A stretch of DNA of 64,000 nt, from NCBI GenBank assembly GCA_965224485.1, contig CBDCZH010000015.1:480001-544000 (forward strand), in the 5' to 3' direction. Position numbers and translations under genes: made by a program. The DNA is from Arcobacteraceae bacterium (GTDB lineage: Bacteria > Campylobacterota > Campylobacteria > Campylobacterales > Arcobacteraceae). The notes beneath the pieces were generated by a model, which worked only from the letters and a program-made list of their open reading frames with translations, was not told where the DNA came from and made no database searches. This document shows, piece by piece, positions 31,314 through 40,529 of this stretch (within the stretch, counting starts at the first letter, position 1; each line of letters opens with the position of its first letter).

Positions 31314-31384
31314 ACCTTATTAGTATAAGTTAATATTAAATTTTATAAAGATAAAATTATTTTTACAACTTATTATAATAAGTT
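31314..31384. promoter_or_regulatory. Two copies of an 18-bp palindrome upstream of the XRE gene
   Basis: Perfect AACTTATTATAATAAGTT (31367-31384) and 15/18 copy ACCTTATTAGTATAAGTT (31314-31331). Confidence 0.5.
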
Positions 31385-31511
31385 TCTATGTTTTTACCTT
31401 ATCTACTATCAAGACCTTTACTAATATCATCGACTAAATCCTCTTTTATTATTTAAAAGACTCACTATAAAAGTGATTTAATTAATCCATAATATTTATA
31501 TCGTTTTAGAT

Positions 31512-31547
31512 TTTATCTATACAAGAGTTTCAACTTGTATAGACAAG
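31512..31547. promoter_or_regulatory. Two inverted HutC/PhnF-type operators
   Basis: TTTATCTATACAAG (31512-31525) and CTTGTATAGACAAG (31534-31547), matching the GntR/HutC GTATAGAC-type core. Confidence 0.75.
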
Positions 31548-31581
31548 ATGTAATCTTTGTGTAACTTAAATATTTTATACT
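31548..31581 (+). promoter_or_regulatory. Pho-box-like direct repeat and -10
   Basis: aTGTAATctttgTGTAAC (11-bp period), 10 nt, then TATACT (31576-31581). Confidence 0.6.
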
Positions 31582-31612
31582 TTTTAAATCAAAATATGAT
31601 TTAGGAAATAGT

Positions 31613-32326
31613 ATGAGCAAAGCTTTATATATAAAACTTTATGAAAATATTTTAAAAGACATTGAAAATAAAAAGTATTCTAATTCTTCTAAACTTCCTT
31701 CTGAAAATAACTTAGCGAGCAAATTCGAAGTAAATAGACATACAGTTAGACAAGCTTTAAAACTTTTAAAAGACCAGGGTTATATTTATACGAAACAAGG
31801 AAAAGGTAATTTTATAAGTAATATTAAAGTTCCTTATTCAATATCAAATAAGAGCTCTTATTCATCAAAGATTTTAGATTTAGGATATGAACCTAAGACT
31901 AAACTTCTAAGTGCCAAAATAATAGTTCCAAACGAAGACGTAGCAAAAGTTTTAGGTTTAAATAATAGTTTAAAAGTAATAGAAGTAAAATTATTACGTT
32001 TTGTAAATGATATTCCTATTTCAGTTTCATACTCATACTTTGATGCATTTTTATATCAAAAATTAATGCAACATTTAGATGAAGAAGATTTTTCATTATA
32101 TAAAAGTTTACAAGAAGCCTACCCTAAGTTAATAATTACAAAACAATCTACTATTTTTGAAGCCTTAAGTACTACTAGTGAATTTAGTGAACTTTTATTA
32201 ATGCCAAAAAACTCACCTCTTTTATCAGTTTGTACAATTTCAAAAGATCAAGATGGCAATTATGTCGAATATGGAACATCATATTTTAGAGCAGATACTT
32301 GCAAAATAAAAATAGATTTAGTATAG
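31613..32326 (+). CDS. phnF: Phosphonate operon regulator PhnF (GntR/HutC, UTRA)
   Basis: 'KLPSENNLASKFEVNRHTVRQAL...QGKGNF'; heads the phn operon. Confidence 0.9.
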   Translation: MSKALYIKLYENILKDIENKKYSNSSKLPSENNLASKFEVNRHTVRQALKLLKDQGYIYTKQGKGNFISNIKVPYSISNKSSYSSKILDLGYEPKTKLLSAKIIVPNEDVAKVLGLNNSLKVIEVKLLRFVNDIPISVSYSYFDAFLYQKLMQHLDEEDFSLYKSLQEAYPKLIITKQSTIFEALSTTSEFSELLLMPKNSPLLSVCTISKDQDGNYVEYGTSYFRADTCKIKIDLV

Positions 32327-32334
32327 GAGAAAAC

Positions 32335-33069
32335 ATGGTAAAAATGAAAAACTTAACTCTTGGATATAAAAAAGAGATAATTTTAAAAGATATAGATTTA
32401 AAAATTAAAAAAGGTGAATTTGTTGGAATTATTGGTCCAAGTGGAGCTGGTAAGTCAACACTTTTAATGAGCATAACTGGTGGAATAAAAGTTTTTAATG
32501 GCAAGTTTGAGGTATTAGATTTTGATTTAAAAAATATTAAGAAAAAAAACTTAATTAAATTAAGAGAACAAGTTGGTGTAATTTTTCAAGCTTATAATTT
32601 AGTTGATAGATTAAGTGTTTTAGACAATGTAATTAGCGGAATGTTAAAAGATATTCCACTAACACGTGCAATTATTAAATTATATGTAAAAAAGGAGATC
32701 AAAAAAGCAAAAGAATTTATGGACATAGTTGAGATTACAAAACATTCTGGAAAAAGATGTGATGAGTTATCAGGTGGTCAAAGGCAAAGAGTTGCAATTG
32801 CAAGAGCTTTAGCGGCTGAACCTAAAATTATTTTAGCAGATGAACCAGTATCCGCACTTGACCCTAAAAGTGCTAGAAAAGTAATGGGTATTTTAAAAAA
32901 AGTAAACGAGGTTTATGGAGTAACAGTTGTAACAAACTTACACCATTTGGAGTATGCACAAGAGTATTGCGAACGAATCATTGGAATCAATGACGGCGTA
33001 ATAGTTTTTGATGATAAAAGTGAGAATTTAACAGAAGCTATACTTGAAAAAATTTACGCTTCAAAATAA
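32335..33069 (+). CDS. phnC: Phosphonate ABC transporter ATPase
   Basis: 'GPSGAGKST', 'LSGGQRQRVAIARAL', 'DEPVSALDP'; ATG at 32335 after AGGAG. Confidence 0.95.
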   Translation: MVKMKNLTLGYKKEIILKDIDLKIKKGEFVGIIGPSGAGKSTLLMSITGGIKVFNGKFEVLDFDLKNIKKKNLIKLREQVGVIFQAYNLVDRLSVLDNVISGMLKDIPLTRAIIKLYVKKEIKKAKEFMDIVEITKHSGKRCDELSGGQRQRVAIARALAAEPKIILADEPVSALDPKSARKVMGILKKVNEVYGVTVVTNLHHLEYAQEYCERIIGINDGVIVFDDKSENLTEAILEKIYASK

Positions 33070-33087
33070 AAAAATTAAGGAAAATTA

Positions 33088-33954
33088 ATGAATTTAGTTA
33101 AAAAATCAATACTAACTTGTTTAGTATCAGCTCTTGGAGTAACATCACTACAAGCACAAGAAAAATGGCCAGATCAGGTTATCTTTGGAGTAATTCCAGT
33201 TGCTGGTTCAACGTCTATGAAAGAAAACTTTGGTCCTTTAACTTCATACTTAGAGAAACAACTTGGCATTAAAGTTAAGCTTCAATTATCAGGTGATTAT
33301 ACAGCTGTAATAACAGGTATGCAGTACAAAAAAATTGATATAGCATACTTAGGACCAAAATCTTATGTTGAAGCAGCAAAAAGAGCAAAAGCAGAAGCTT
33401 TAGTTGTTGAAGTCGATGCTGAATCTGGTTTACCTGGATATAGAGGAACTATTATTACAAAAAAAGGTTCTGGACTTAAAACTTTAGCTGATTTAAAAGG
33501 TAAAAGATGGGCATTTACTTCATCTCAATCTACATCAGGAACACTAGTTCCAACTGTTATGTTTGCAAAAGCTGGAATTAAACCAACAAAATATTTCTCA
33601 AAAGTTTTATACTCAGGTGGACATGAAGCTTCTATTTTATCAGTTAAAGCTGGAAGAATTGATGCCGCATCTACTAATAACTTAGATTTTAATAGAGGTT
33701 TAGGGAAACAATGGAAAAGAGATGATTTTAATGTTATTTGGACTTCTTCTTTAATTCCAGGAGCTCCAGTTGCTGTTAGATCTGAATTACCAAACTCACT
33801 TAAAATGGCTATTAAGGGAGCTTTTTTATCATTTAATGACAAAGAAGGTATGGAAAGATTAAAAAATAAAGGTTTTATTAACGGAGATGATTCTGTATAC
33901 GATTCAGTAAGAGAATTAATCAAATTAAAAAAACAATTAAAAAAGAAAAAATAA
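33088..33954 (+). CDS. phnD: Phosphonate-binding periplasmic protein
   Basis: Signal peptide, 'STSGTLVP', 'SGGHEAS'. Confidence 0.94.
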   Translation: MNLVKKSILTCLVSALGVTSLQAQEKWPDQVIFGVIPVAGSTSMKENFGPLTSYLEKQLGIKVKLQLSGDYTAVITGMQYKKIDIAYLGPKSYVEAAKRAKAEALVVEVDAESGLPGYRGTIITKKGSGLKTLADLKGKRWAFTSSQSTSGTLVPTVMFAKAGIKPTKYFSKVLYSGGHEASILSVKAGRIDAASTNNLDFNRGLGKQWKRDDFNVIWTSSLIPGAPVAVRSELPNSLKMAIKGAFLSFNDKEGMERLKNKGFINGDDSVYDSVRELIKLKKQLKKKK

Positions 33955-33975
33955 TAAACCTTCGGGTTTATTATT
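33950..33975 (+). other. 11-bp stem with C(UUCG)G tetraloop after phnD
   Basis: AATAATAAACC-TTCG-GGTTTATTATT. Confidence 0.75.
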
Positions 33976-33988
33976 CTTAGGATAAAAA

Positions 33989-34846
33989 ATGAATATAGAG
34001 CAAATAAAAAAAGAAGCTAGTCCATTCTCCTTTCTTAAATCTACTATTATTGTTATTTTTATACTTGTATTTATACAAAGTTGGAATGATACAGAAATGG
34101 ATGCCAGAGCACTAATTGATGGTGGAACGTACATGATGGATTATTTAAATGGAAATGAAGAAATAGAAGGAAGTGGTTTTTTCCCTCCTAATTTAAATAC
34201 TGATGATTTAAGCACATATGCTTTATCGATGTTAGAAACAATACAAATGGCAATTATTGCTCTTGTGCTATCTATAATAGTGGCAGTTCCATTATCATAT
34301 ATGAGTTCAAAAAATATTTTAGATATTTTAATTCCAGGGAAAAGTACTTTTCATGGATTTGTTAAACAAGTGATATATGCAAGTGCTACTTTTGTTGCAA
34401 ATGTTTTTAGATCAATAAATGAAATTATTTGGGCATTAATTTTTGTATCTGCTGTTGGATTAGGACCAATGGCTGGAATTTTAGCCTTAGGTGTTCATAC
34501 AGCTGGAGTATTATCAAAACTTTTAAGTGAAGGAAATGAAGCTATTGATAAAGGACCTGTTGACGCATTAGCTACAACTGGAGCTGGATTTATTAAAGTT
34601 TTAGTTTTTGCAGTTATTCCACAAACCATGCCACATTTTGTTTCAATGTGTTTATATAGATTCGAATCAGACGTAAGATCAGCCTCAATTTTAGGTTTTG
34701 TTGGAGCTGGAGGAATTGGTTTTTACTTATTTGACAAAATGAGATCTTTTGAAAACTCTGATGTATGTAGCATTATTATTATAATAGTTCTTACTGTTTG
34801 GACTTTAGACAAGTTAAGTGCGGTAATTAGAAGAAGGTTTATATAA
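33989..34846 (+). CDS. phnE: Phosphonate ABC permease
   Basis: 'AVGLGPMAGILALG', 'YRFESDVRSASILGFVGAGGIG'. Confidence 0.95.
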   Translation: MNIEQIKKEASPFSFLKSTIIVIFILVFIQSWNDTEMDARALIDGGTYMMDYLNGNEEIEGSGFFPPNLNTDDLSTYALSMLETIQMAIIALVLSIIVAVPLSYMSSKNILDILIPGKSTFHGFVKQVIYASATFVANVFRSINEIIWALIFVSAVGLGPMAGILALGVHTAGVLSKLLSEGNEAIDKGPVDALATTGAGFIKVLVFAVIPQTMPHFVSMCLYRFESDVRSASILGFVGAGGIGFYLFDKMRSFENSDVCSIIIIIVLTVWTLDKLSAVIRRRFI

Positions 34847-35260
34847 ATGGAAAGAGAAGAAATAAATAACATAGCCCAAGAAGTAGACATCTTAATATTA
34901 AAAGAATTATATAAAAAAATTAAAAAAAACCATATAGTTAATATTTTGACAAAAGCAAGTGAACAAACACTTTTAGTTCCTGTAAAAGACCCTATTTCAA
35001 ATGGTAGTTTTTATGCAGGAGAAGTATTAGTAACTTCAAGTATCGTAGAAGTTGATAATACAAAAGGTTGGTCTATGGTTATGGATTCAAATGAAGATTT
35101 ATCTTTATATATAGCAGTTATAGATGCAGCTTTTGAGGCAAATATTTTTAAAGATGAAATAATTACTTTATTAAAGAAAACAAAGAAACAAAAAGAAGAA
35201 TCAGCAAAAAAAGAGAATCAAAGAGTTAACTCAACAAGAGTATCTTTTGATTTAATGTAA
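34847..35260 (+). CDS. phnG: C-P lyase subunit PhnG
   Basis: 'FYAGEVLVT', 'AVIDA', C-terminal 'STRVSF'. Confidence 0.9.
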   Translation: MEREEINNIAQEVDILILKELYKKIKKNHIVNILTKASEQTLLVPVKDPISNGSFYAGEVLVTSSIVEVDNTKGWSMVMDSNEDLSLYIAVIDAAFEANIFKDEIITLLKKTKKQKEESAKKENQRVNSTRVSFDLM

Positions 35261-35268
35261 GGATAAGA

Positions 35269-35805
35269 ATGAAAAACCTTGATATTGAAAAACTTAATAG
35301 AGATAATTTTAGAGCAATGATGGATGTTTTATCTATGCCTGGAACCCTGCAGAATATTAAACCTTTATTTAACTCAAATTTACTAGCACTTGCAAATACT
35401 CTTTTATATTCACAAGTTACCTTCTTTTATGATGGAAAAGAAAAATTTGATTTAATTCAAGCTATAAATAATTGTGAAAATAAAAGTTTAGAAGAAGCAG
35501 ATTATATTTTTTTTGATGAAACAAATGATTATGCTTTAAATAAAGCAAAAATCGGAATTCCTAAAGACCCAGAATTATCAGGAACATTGATTTTTAAATG
35601 CAAAAACTTCAGACAAATAGAAGTTAGATTAAGTGGACCTGGAATTAATGGAAGTAAAAAAGTGTTTTTACCAATTACTAGAGCTTTTGTAAACTTCTTT
35701 AACGAAAAGAATTCTTCTTATCCCTTAGGAAATGAAGTTTTCTTTTTAAGTGATAAAGGCGAAATCATTGCACTTTCAAGAACAACAAAACTGGAGATTT
35801 TATAA
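35269..35805 (+). CDS. phnH: C-P lyase subunit PhnH
   Basis: 'FRAMMDVLSMPG', 'LSGPGI', 'YPLG', 'ALSRTT'. Confidence 0.9.
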   Translation: MKNLDIEKLNRDNFRAMMDVLSMPGTLQNIKPLFNSNLLALANTLLYSQVTFFYDGKEKFDLIQAINNCENKSLEEADYIFFDETNDYALNKAKIGIPKDPELSGTLIFKCKNFRQIEVRLSGPGINGSKKVFLPITRAFVNFFNEKNSSYPLGNEVFFLSDKGEIIALSRTTKLEIL

Positions 35806-36929
35806 TGGCATATTATGCAATAAAAGGTGGAGAAGAAGCTATAAATAACTCTTTAGATTTTTATAATGAGCAAACTTCAAAAGCACAAGACATAGATGAA
35901 CAAAGTTTAATACAAGGTTTAACATTTAGCATTGATAAAGTTATCTCAGAAGGGTCATTATATTCTAAAAAACTAGCAGCAAAAGCTATTAAAAGATCAG
36001 CAGGAGATTTATTAAATGCTTCATTTTTTCTAAGAGCACATAGATCAACTTGCCAAAGATTAGGAGAATGTAAAGTTTTAGATGTAAATGAAATGCGCTT
36101 AAGTAGAAGAATTTCTTCTGCTTTTAAAGATATAGAAGGAGGTCAATTATTAGGACCTTCAAATGATTATGAAATAAAATTATTATTAGATTTAAAAAAA
36201 GAAAAAACTAATATAAAAGAGTATTCAACACATAATAATATTATTAAATCAGCACTAAGCCCGCTAAGAGATGCTTCTTTAATTAAAAAATTAAAAAAAG
36301 ATGATAAACCTTGGGATATAACACGTTCTTATCCAAGTGCTCCTTATCCTAGATCTGCTGTTTTACAAGTAATGAGTAGAGGTGAGAGTGGATCTTTATT
36401 AGCTGTTGGATATACAACAATGAGAGGTTATGGAGATGTTCATCCTACTATTGGTGATTTAAGAATTGGGGAACTTGATATTATATTTACTCATCCTTTT
36501 TCCAAAAAAGAAGTAAAAATAGGCTCTATTGAAGCAACTGCTGTTGAGTGTGCTGGAACATTTAATCAAGATAAAGATGGTGATACAAAGTTAACAACTG
36601 GTTTTGGTTTTTGTTTTGGGAAAAATGAAACAAAAGCTATATCTATGTCTATTATTGATTTAAGTTTATACAATAAAGCTTACTCTCTTGGAGGTGAAAA
36701 TATCATTGCAGCTGATTTTGAAATGATTATGCATCACTTAGATGGTATTGAATCTTTTGGAATGACAAATCATTTTAAACTACCTCATTATGTAACTTTT
36801 CAAACAGATTTTCAAATTTTTAACTGCGCAAAAGAATATGCCTTAGAAAAAGAAAAAGAAGAAAAGAAACAAAGAAAAAAAAGATTAGAACAAGCAAAAG
36901 ATAAAAAATTAAAAAAGGATAAAAAGTGA
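35805..36929 (+). CDS. phnI: C-P lyase subunit PhnI
   Basis: 'AIKGGEEAI', 'RRISSAFKDIEGGQLLG', 'HFKLPHYVTFQ'. Confidence 0.95.
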   Translation: MAYYAIKGGEEAINNSLDFYNEQTSKAQDIDEQSLIQGLTFSIDKVISEGSLYSKKLAAKAIKRSAGDLLNASFFLRAHRSTCQRLGECKVLDVNEMRLSRRISSAFKDIEGGQLLGPSNDYEIKLLLDLKKEKTNIKEYSTHNNIIKSALSPLRDASLIKKLKKDDKPWDITRSYPSAPYPRSAVLQVMSRGESGSLLAVGYTTMRGYGDVHPTIGDLRIGELDIIFTHPFSKKEVKIGSIEATAVECAGTFNQDKDGDTKLTTGFGFCFGKNETKAISMSIIDLSLYNKAYSLGGENIIAADFEMIMHHLDGIESFGMTNHFKLPHYVTFQTDFQIFNCAKEYALEKEKEEKKQRKKRLEQAKDKKLKKDKK

Positions 36930-37747
36930 GATATGCATTTTTAGATGAAGAAGCTAAAAAAGAAATTAGAAGATCTTTACTAAAAGCTATTGCTATTCCT
37001 GGATATATTGTATCTTTTGCTTCAAGAGAACTTCCAATTGCGAGGGGTTGGGGTACTGGAGGTTTACAAATTACACTTGCTATTATAAATGAAGAAGATA
37101 CATTAAAAGTAATTGACCAAGGTTGTGATGGAAGTGTAAATGCTGTGAATATTAGAAACTTTATAAAAAGTGTTACAGAGGTAAATATTACTACAAATAC
37201 AAAAGAAGCTAGTATTATTCAAACAAGACATAGAGTTCCAGAAATATCCTTAGAAGAAAAACAAATTTTAGTATATCAAGTTCCAATTCCAGATATTTTA
37301 GAAACTGTTGAGCCAAATTTAAATCAACAAAAAGTTCTACATGCAAATGCTGATTATTCTAAACTTTGGGTTTTATTATATGAAGACACTTCTATGTTTG
37401 GTGATTCTAGAATATCAAATAGATACCCAGTTATGGTTAATAATAGGTATGCAATGGACCCAAGCCCAATTCCAAAATATGACACTTTAAAATTAAATAA
37501 TTGTAAAGCTTTACAACTTTTTGGAGCAGGAAGAGAAAAAAAGATTTATGCAATTCCACCTTATACAAAAGTAGTACCTTTAAAATTTGATGATAAAGAG
37601 TTTAAAGTTGAAAACTTTGATAATAAAGTTTGTAAAAGATGTAATTCTTCTAGCTCTTTTTTAGATGAAATTTATGATGATGAAGGTTTATCTTCTTATT
37701 ATTGTAATGATACAGATTATTGTGATAAACAAAAAGAGAGTAAATAA
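36926..37747 (+). CDS. phnJ: C-P lyase radical-SAM subunit PhnJ
   Basis: 'RGWGTGG', 'IQTRHRVPE', 'FGAGREKKIYA', C-terminal four-Cys motif 'CKRC...CNDTDYC'. Confidence 0.97.
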   Translation: MRYAFLDEEAKKEIRRSLLKAIAIPGYIVSFASRELPIARGWGTGGLQITLAIINEEDTLKVIDQGCDGSVNAVNIRNFIKSVTEVNITTNTKEASIIQTRHRVPEISLEEKQILVYQVPIPDILETVEPNLNQQKVLHANADYSKLWVLLYEDTSMFGDSRISNRYPVMVNNRYAMDPSPIPKYDTLKLNNCKALQLFGAGREKKIYAIPPYTKVVPLKFDDKEFKVENFDNKVCKRCNSSSSFLDEIYDDEGLSSYYCNDTDYCDKQKESK

Positions 37748-38583
37748 TGATATTAGATATTAAAAATATTTCAAAAGTTTTTGGAAAGTTTTGTTCTCAG
37801 TGCTTAGAAAATACGGGTGCATCTTTCAACAGTTCAATTTGCCCAAATTGTAAAAGTATAATAGCTGTTAATAATGTTAACTTATGCTTACATAAGGGAG
37901 AAGTATTAGGAATAGTAGGTGAAAGTGGTAGTGGAAAATCAACTCTATTACAATTGATTTACCAAGACCAAAAACCTTCAAGAGGCGAAATATTTATAAA
38001 ACAATTTGTAGGAAAAGACGGAAAGAAAAAAAATATTATGGATGCTTCTTTAAATGAGTTATCTCATCTTAGAAATTCTTTAATGTCAATGATTTACCAA
38101 AATCCAAGATTAGGTTTAAATTATAACTTTTCAGCTGGTGGGAATATTGCACAAAGAGTTATTATGAGTGGAAATAAAAACTATAAACAAATAAGAAACA
38201 AAGCCTTATTTTTTTTAGATAAAACTGAAATACCAACTTCTAGAATTGATGATTATCCTGAATATTTTTCAGGAGGACAGCAGCAAAGAATTCAAATTTC
38301 AAAAGCCTTATCCTCAAATCCTAAAATCTTACTTTTAGATGAACCAACAACAGGGCTTGATTTATCTGTACAGGCAAAAATACTTGATTTGATAAAAGAA
38401 TTGCAAGATAAAATTGGTTTTGCAATGCTTGTTGTTTCACATGATTTAGGAGTGATTAAACATCTAACAGATATTACAGTTGTTATGAAAAATGGACAAA
38501 TAGTTGAAAAAGGTTTAACAGATCAGATTTTAGAAGATCCCCAACATCCTTATACACAATTACTTGTATCTTCAGTACTTTAA
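37747..38583 (+). CDS. phnK: C-P lyase ABC ATPase PhnK
   Basis: 'GESGSGKS', 'FSGGQQQRIQI', 'DEPTTGLDLSVQA', 'LEDPQHPYTQLLVSS'. Confidence 0.95.
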   Translation: MILDIKNISKVFGKFCSQCLENTGASFNSSICPNCKSIIAVNNVNLCLHKGEVLGIVGESGSGKSTLLQLIYQDQKPSRGEIFIKQFVGKDGKKKNIMDASLNELSHLRNSLMSMIYQNPRLGLNYNFSAGGNIAQRVIMSGNKNYKQIRNKALFFLDKTEIPTSRIDDYPEYFSGGQQQRIQISKALSSNPKILLLDEPTTGLDLSVQAKILDLIKELQDKIGFAMLVVSHDLGVIKHLTDITVVMKNGQIVEKGLTDQILEDPQHPYTQLLVSSVL

Positions 38584-38593
38584 GGTTACAAAA

Positions 38594-39283
38594 ATGATTA
38601 AATTAGAAGTGAAAAATTTAAATAAAGTATTTACAATACATACCCAAGGAAGTATTGAAGTAAGCGGATTTAAAGATATTAATTTATCTGTAAAAAAAGG
38701 TGAGTTTTTATCTTTATTTGGTCCAAGTGGTACAGGGAAGTCTTCAATTCTAAAAACTTTATATAGAACATATACTACAAGTTCTGGAAATATAATATTT
38801 TATAAAGAGGATGGAAGTAAAATAGATATAGCAAAAGCTAGTGAAAGTGAAATATTAAAACTTAGACAAAATGATATTTCTTATGTTTCCCAGTTCTTAC
38901 AAATCCTTCCAAGAATATCAGCTGTTAATGTAGTTGCTAGACAGTTAATAGAAAAAGGTGAAAGTGAAAAAAAATCGCAAGAAAGTGCAAAAGAATTATT
39001 AGCATACTTATCTATAAAAGAAGAACTTTTTGACCTCTCCCCTTTAACTTTTTCAGGAGGAGAGCAACAAAGAGTTAACATAGCAAAAGGAATTATAGCT
39101 CCTAAATCTCTACTTTTATTAGATGAACCAACAGCTTCCTTAGATAAAACAAATACTATGAAAGTTGTTTCTAAACTAAAAGAAATAAAGAAACAAGGTA
39201 TTACTATGATTGGAATTTTTCATGATCTTGATGCAATGAACAGTATTAGTGACAATATATATAAATTAGAAAGAGTAAAATAA
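38594..39283 (+). CDS. phnL: C-P lyase ABC ATPase PhnL
   Basis: 'YVSQFLQILPR', 'TFSGGEQQRVNIA', 'GIFHD'; ATG at 38594. Confidence 0.95.
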   Translation: MIKLEVKNLNKVFTIHTQGSIEVSGFKDINLSVKKGEFLSLFGPSGTGKSSILKTLYRTYTTSSGNIIFYKEDGSKIDIAKASESEILKLRQNDISYVSQFLQILPRISAVNVVARQLIEKGESEKKSQESAKELLAYLSIKEELFDLSPLTFSGGEQQRVNIAKGIIAPKSLLLLDEPTASLDKTNTMKVVSKLKEIKKQGITMIGIFHDLDAMNSISDNIYKLERVK

Positions 39284-40422
39284 TGCAAACAATTTTAAGA
39301 AGTACAAATGTTTTAATAAATGAAGAGTTTATAAAAGCTGATGTCGTAATACAAGGCGAGTTTATAAAAAGAATTGATGAGTATGGTAAAAATCCTGTTG
39401 CACTTGATTTAAAAGATTTAAAAATTGCACCAGGAATTGTTGATTTACATTCAGATGCAATTGAAAAAGAAATAGAACCAAGACCTGGAGCTTCTTTTCC
39501 TATAGCTTTAGCTGTAAGTGAACTAGATAAAAAATTATCAATGAGTGGAATTACAACAATGTTTCATGCTATTGGGTTTGAAGAAAATCCAAAAAAGAAA
39601 AGAAGTATAGCTTTAGCAAAAGAACAAATAGAAGAGATTTTTAAGGCAAATAAAGAACACTTAGGAGTTGATAATTTTATTCATGCTCGTTTTGAATTAA
39701 GTGCAGAAGATGCAGTTGAACCTATAAAAGAAGTAATAAAAAAAGGCATGGTTAAAATGCTTTCTTTAATGGATCATAGTCCTGGACAGGGACAATTCAA
39801 ATCCCTAGAATCATTTAAAAGTTTTTATAAAAATTATTATGGTTTAAATGAAGAAGAATTAAAAGAAGTAATTGAAAAAAAACTTAGTAAAAATGAAGAT
39901 AAGATTAATGACTTAATTCAATGTGCAAAAGATAATAACTTAACTCTTTTAAGTCATGATGATGATTGTATAGAAAAGCTTGATGGTCTTTTAGCCCTTG
40001 GTATTAAAATATCAGAATTTCCACTTGATTTAGATGTTGCTAAATATGCAGTATCAAAAGGAATTGCTACAGGAATGGGCGCTCCTAATATTGTAAGAGG
40101 TGGTTCTCAAAGTGGAAATATTTCAGCAATAGATTTAGTAAAAGAAAATGTTTGCAAATATTTATGTTCAGATTATCACCCAAGTTCTATGTTACAAGCA
40201 ATTTATAGAATGGAAAAAGATGCAAATTTACCTTTAGCCAAGGGATTTTCAATGATTTCTAAAACACCTGCTTTTTATGCAAAACTTCAGGATAGAGGTG
40301 AGATTAAAGCGAATAAAAGAGCAGATATAATTGTAATTGATGATTCTCATTTACCTAAAGTTGTATTAACAATAAAAGATGGTGAGTCTGTTTTTAATGG
40401 AATAAAAGGTTTTAAATTATAA
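39283..40422 (+). CDS. phnM: Ribose-1-phosphonate 5-triphosphate diphosphatase PhnM
   Basis: 'PGIVDLHSD', 'MDHSPGQGQF', 'GAPNIVRGGSQSGN', 'SDYHP'. Confidence 0.96.
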   Translation: MQTILRSTNVLINEEFIKADVVIQGEFIKRIDEYGKNPVALDLKDLKIAPGIVDLHSDAIEKEIEPRPGASFPIALAVSELDKKLSMSGITTMFHAIGFEENPKKKRSIALAKEQIEEIFKANKEHLGVDNFIHARFELSAEDAVEPIKEVIKKGMVKMLSLMDHSPGQGQFKSLESFKSFYKNYYGLNEEELKEVIEKKLSKNEDKINDLIQCAKDNNLTLLSHDDDCIEKLDGLLALGIKISEFPLDLDVAKYAVSKGIATGMGAPNIVRGGSQSGNISAIDLVKENVCKYLCSDYHPSSMLQAIYRMEKDANLPLAKGFSMISKTPAFYAKLQDRGEIKANKRADIIVIDDSHLPKVVLTIKDGESVFNGIKGFKL

Positions 40423-40439
40423 AATAAGAAGGATAAAAT

Positions 40440-40520
40440 ATGGTAACAATTTATAGAAGTATTTTAGGTTTAGTGGCACAGTATAATCAAAGAAAAGACG
40501 AATTCCAATATAGGAAATAA
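40440..40520 (+). CDS. Putative 26-aa small protein
   Basis: AAGGA RBS then MVTIYRSILGLVAQYNQRKDEFQYRK*; fills the phnM-phnN gap. Confidence 0.45.
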   Translation: MVTIYRSILGLVAQYNQRKDEFQYRK

Positions 40521-40529
40521 ATAAAACAA

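Noticed and set aside
31386..31445. 14-codon minus-strand ORF (MILVKVLIVDKVKT) with GAGGA upstream, considered as a small toxin
   Set aside because: Too short, no antisense hairpin or family features; likely chance
32299..32334. Longer ORF-track starts for phnC (32299), phnL (38564) and the effector (46573)
   Set aside because: Downstream ATGs (32335, 38594, 46534) have RBS-like sequences and fit expected N-termini
36840..36929. Lys/Glu-rich tail of PhnI
   Set aside because: Low-complexity extension typical of A-rich gene ends; no frameshift or repeat unit evident
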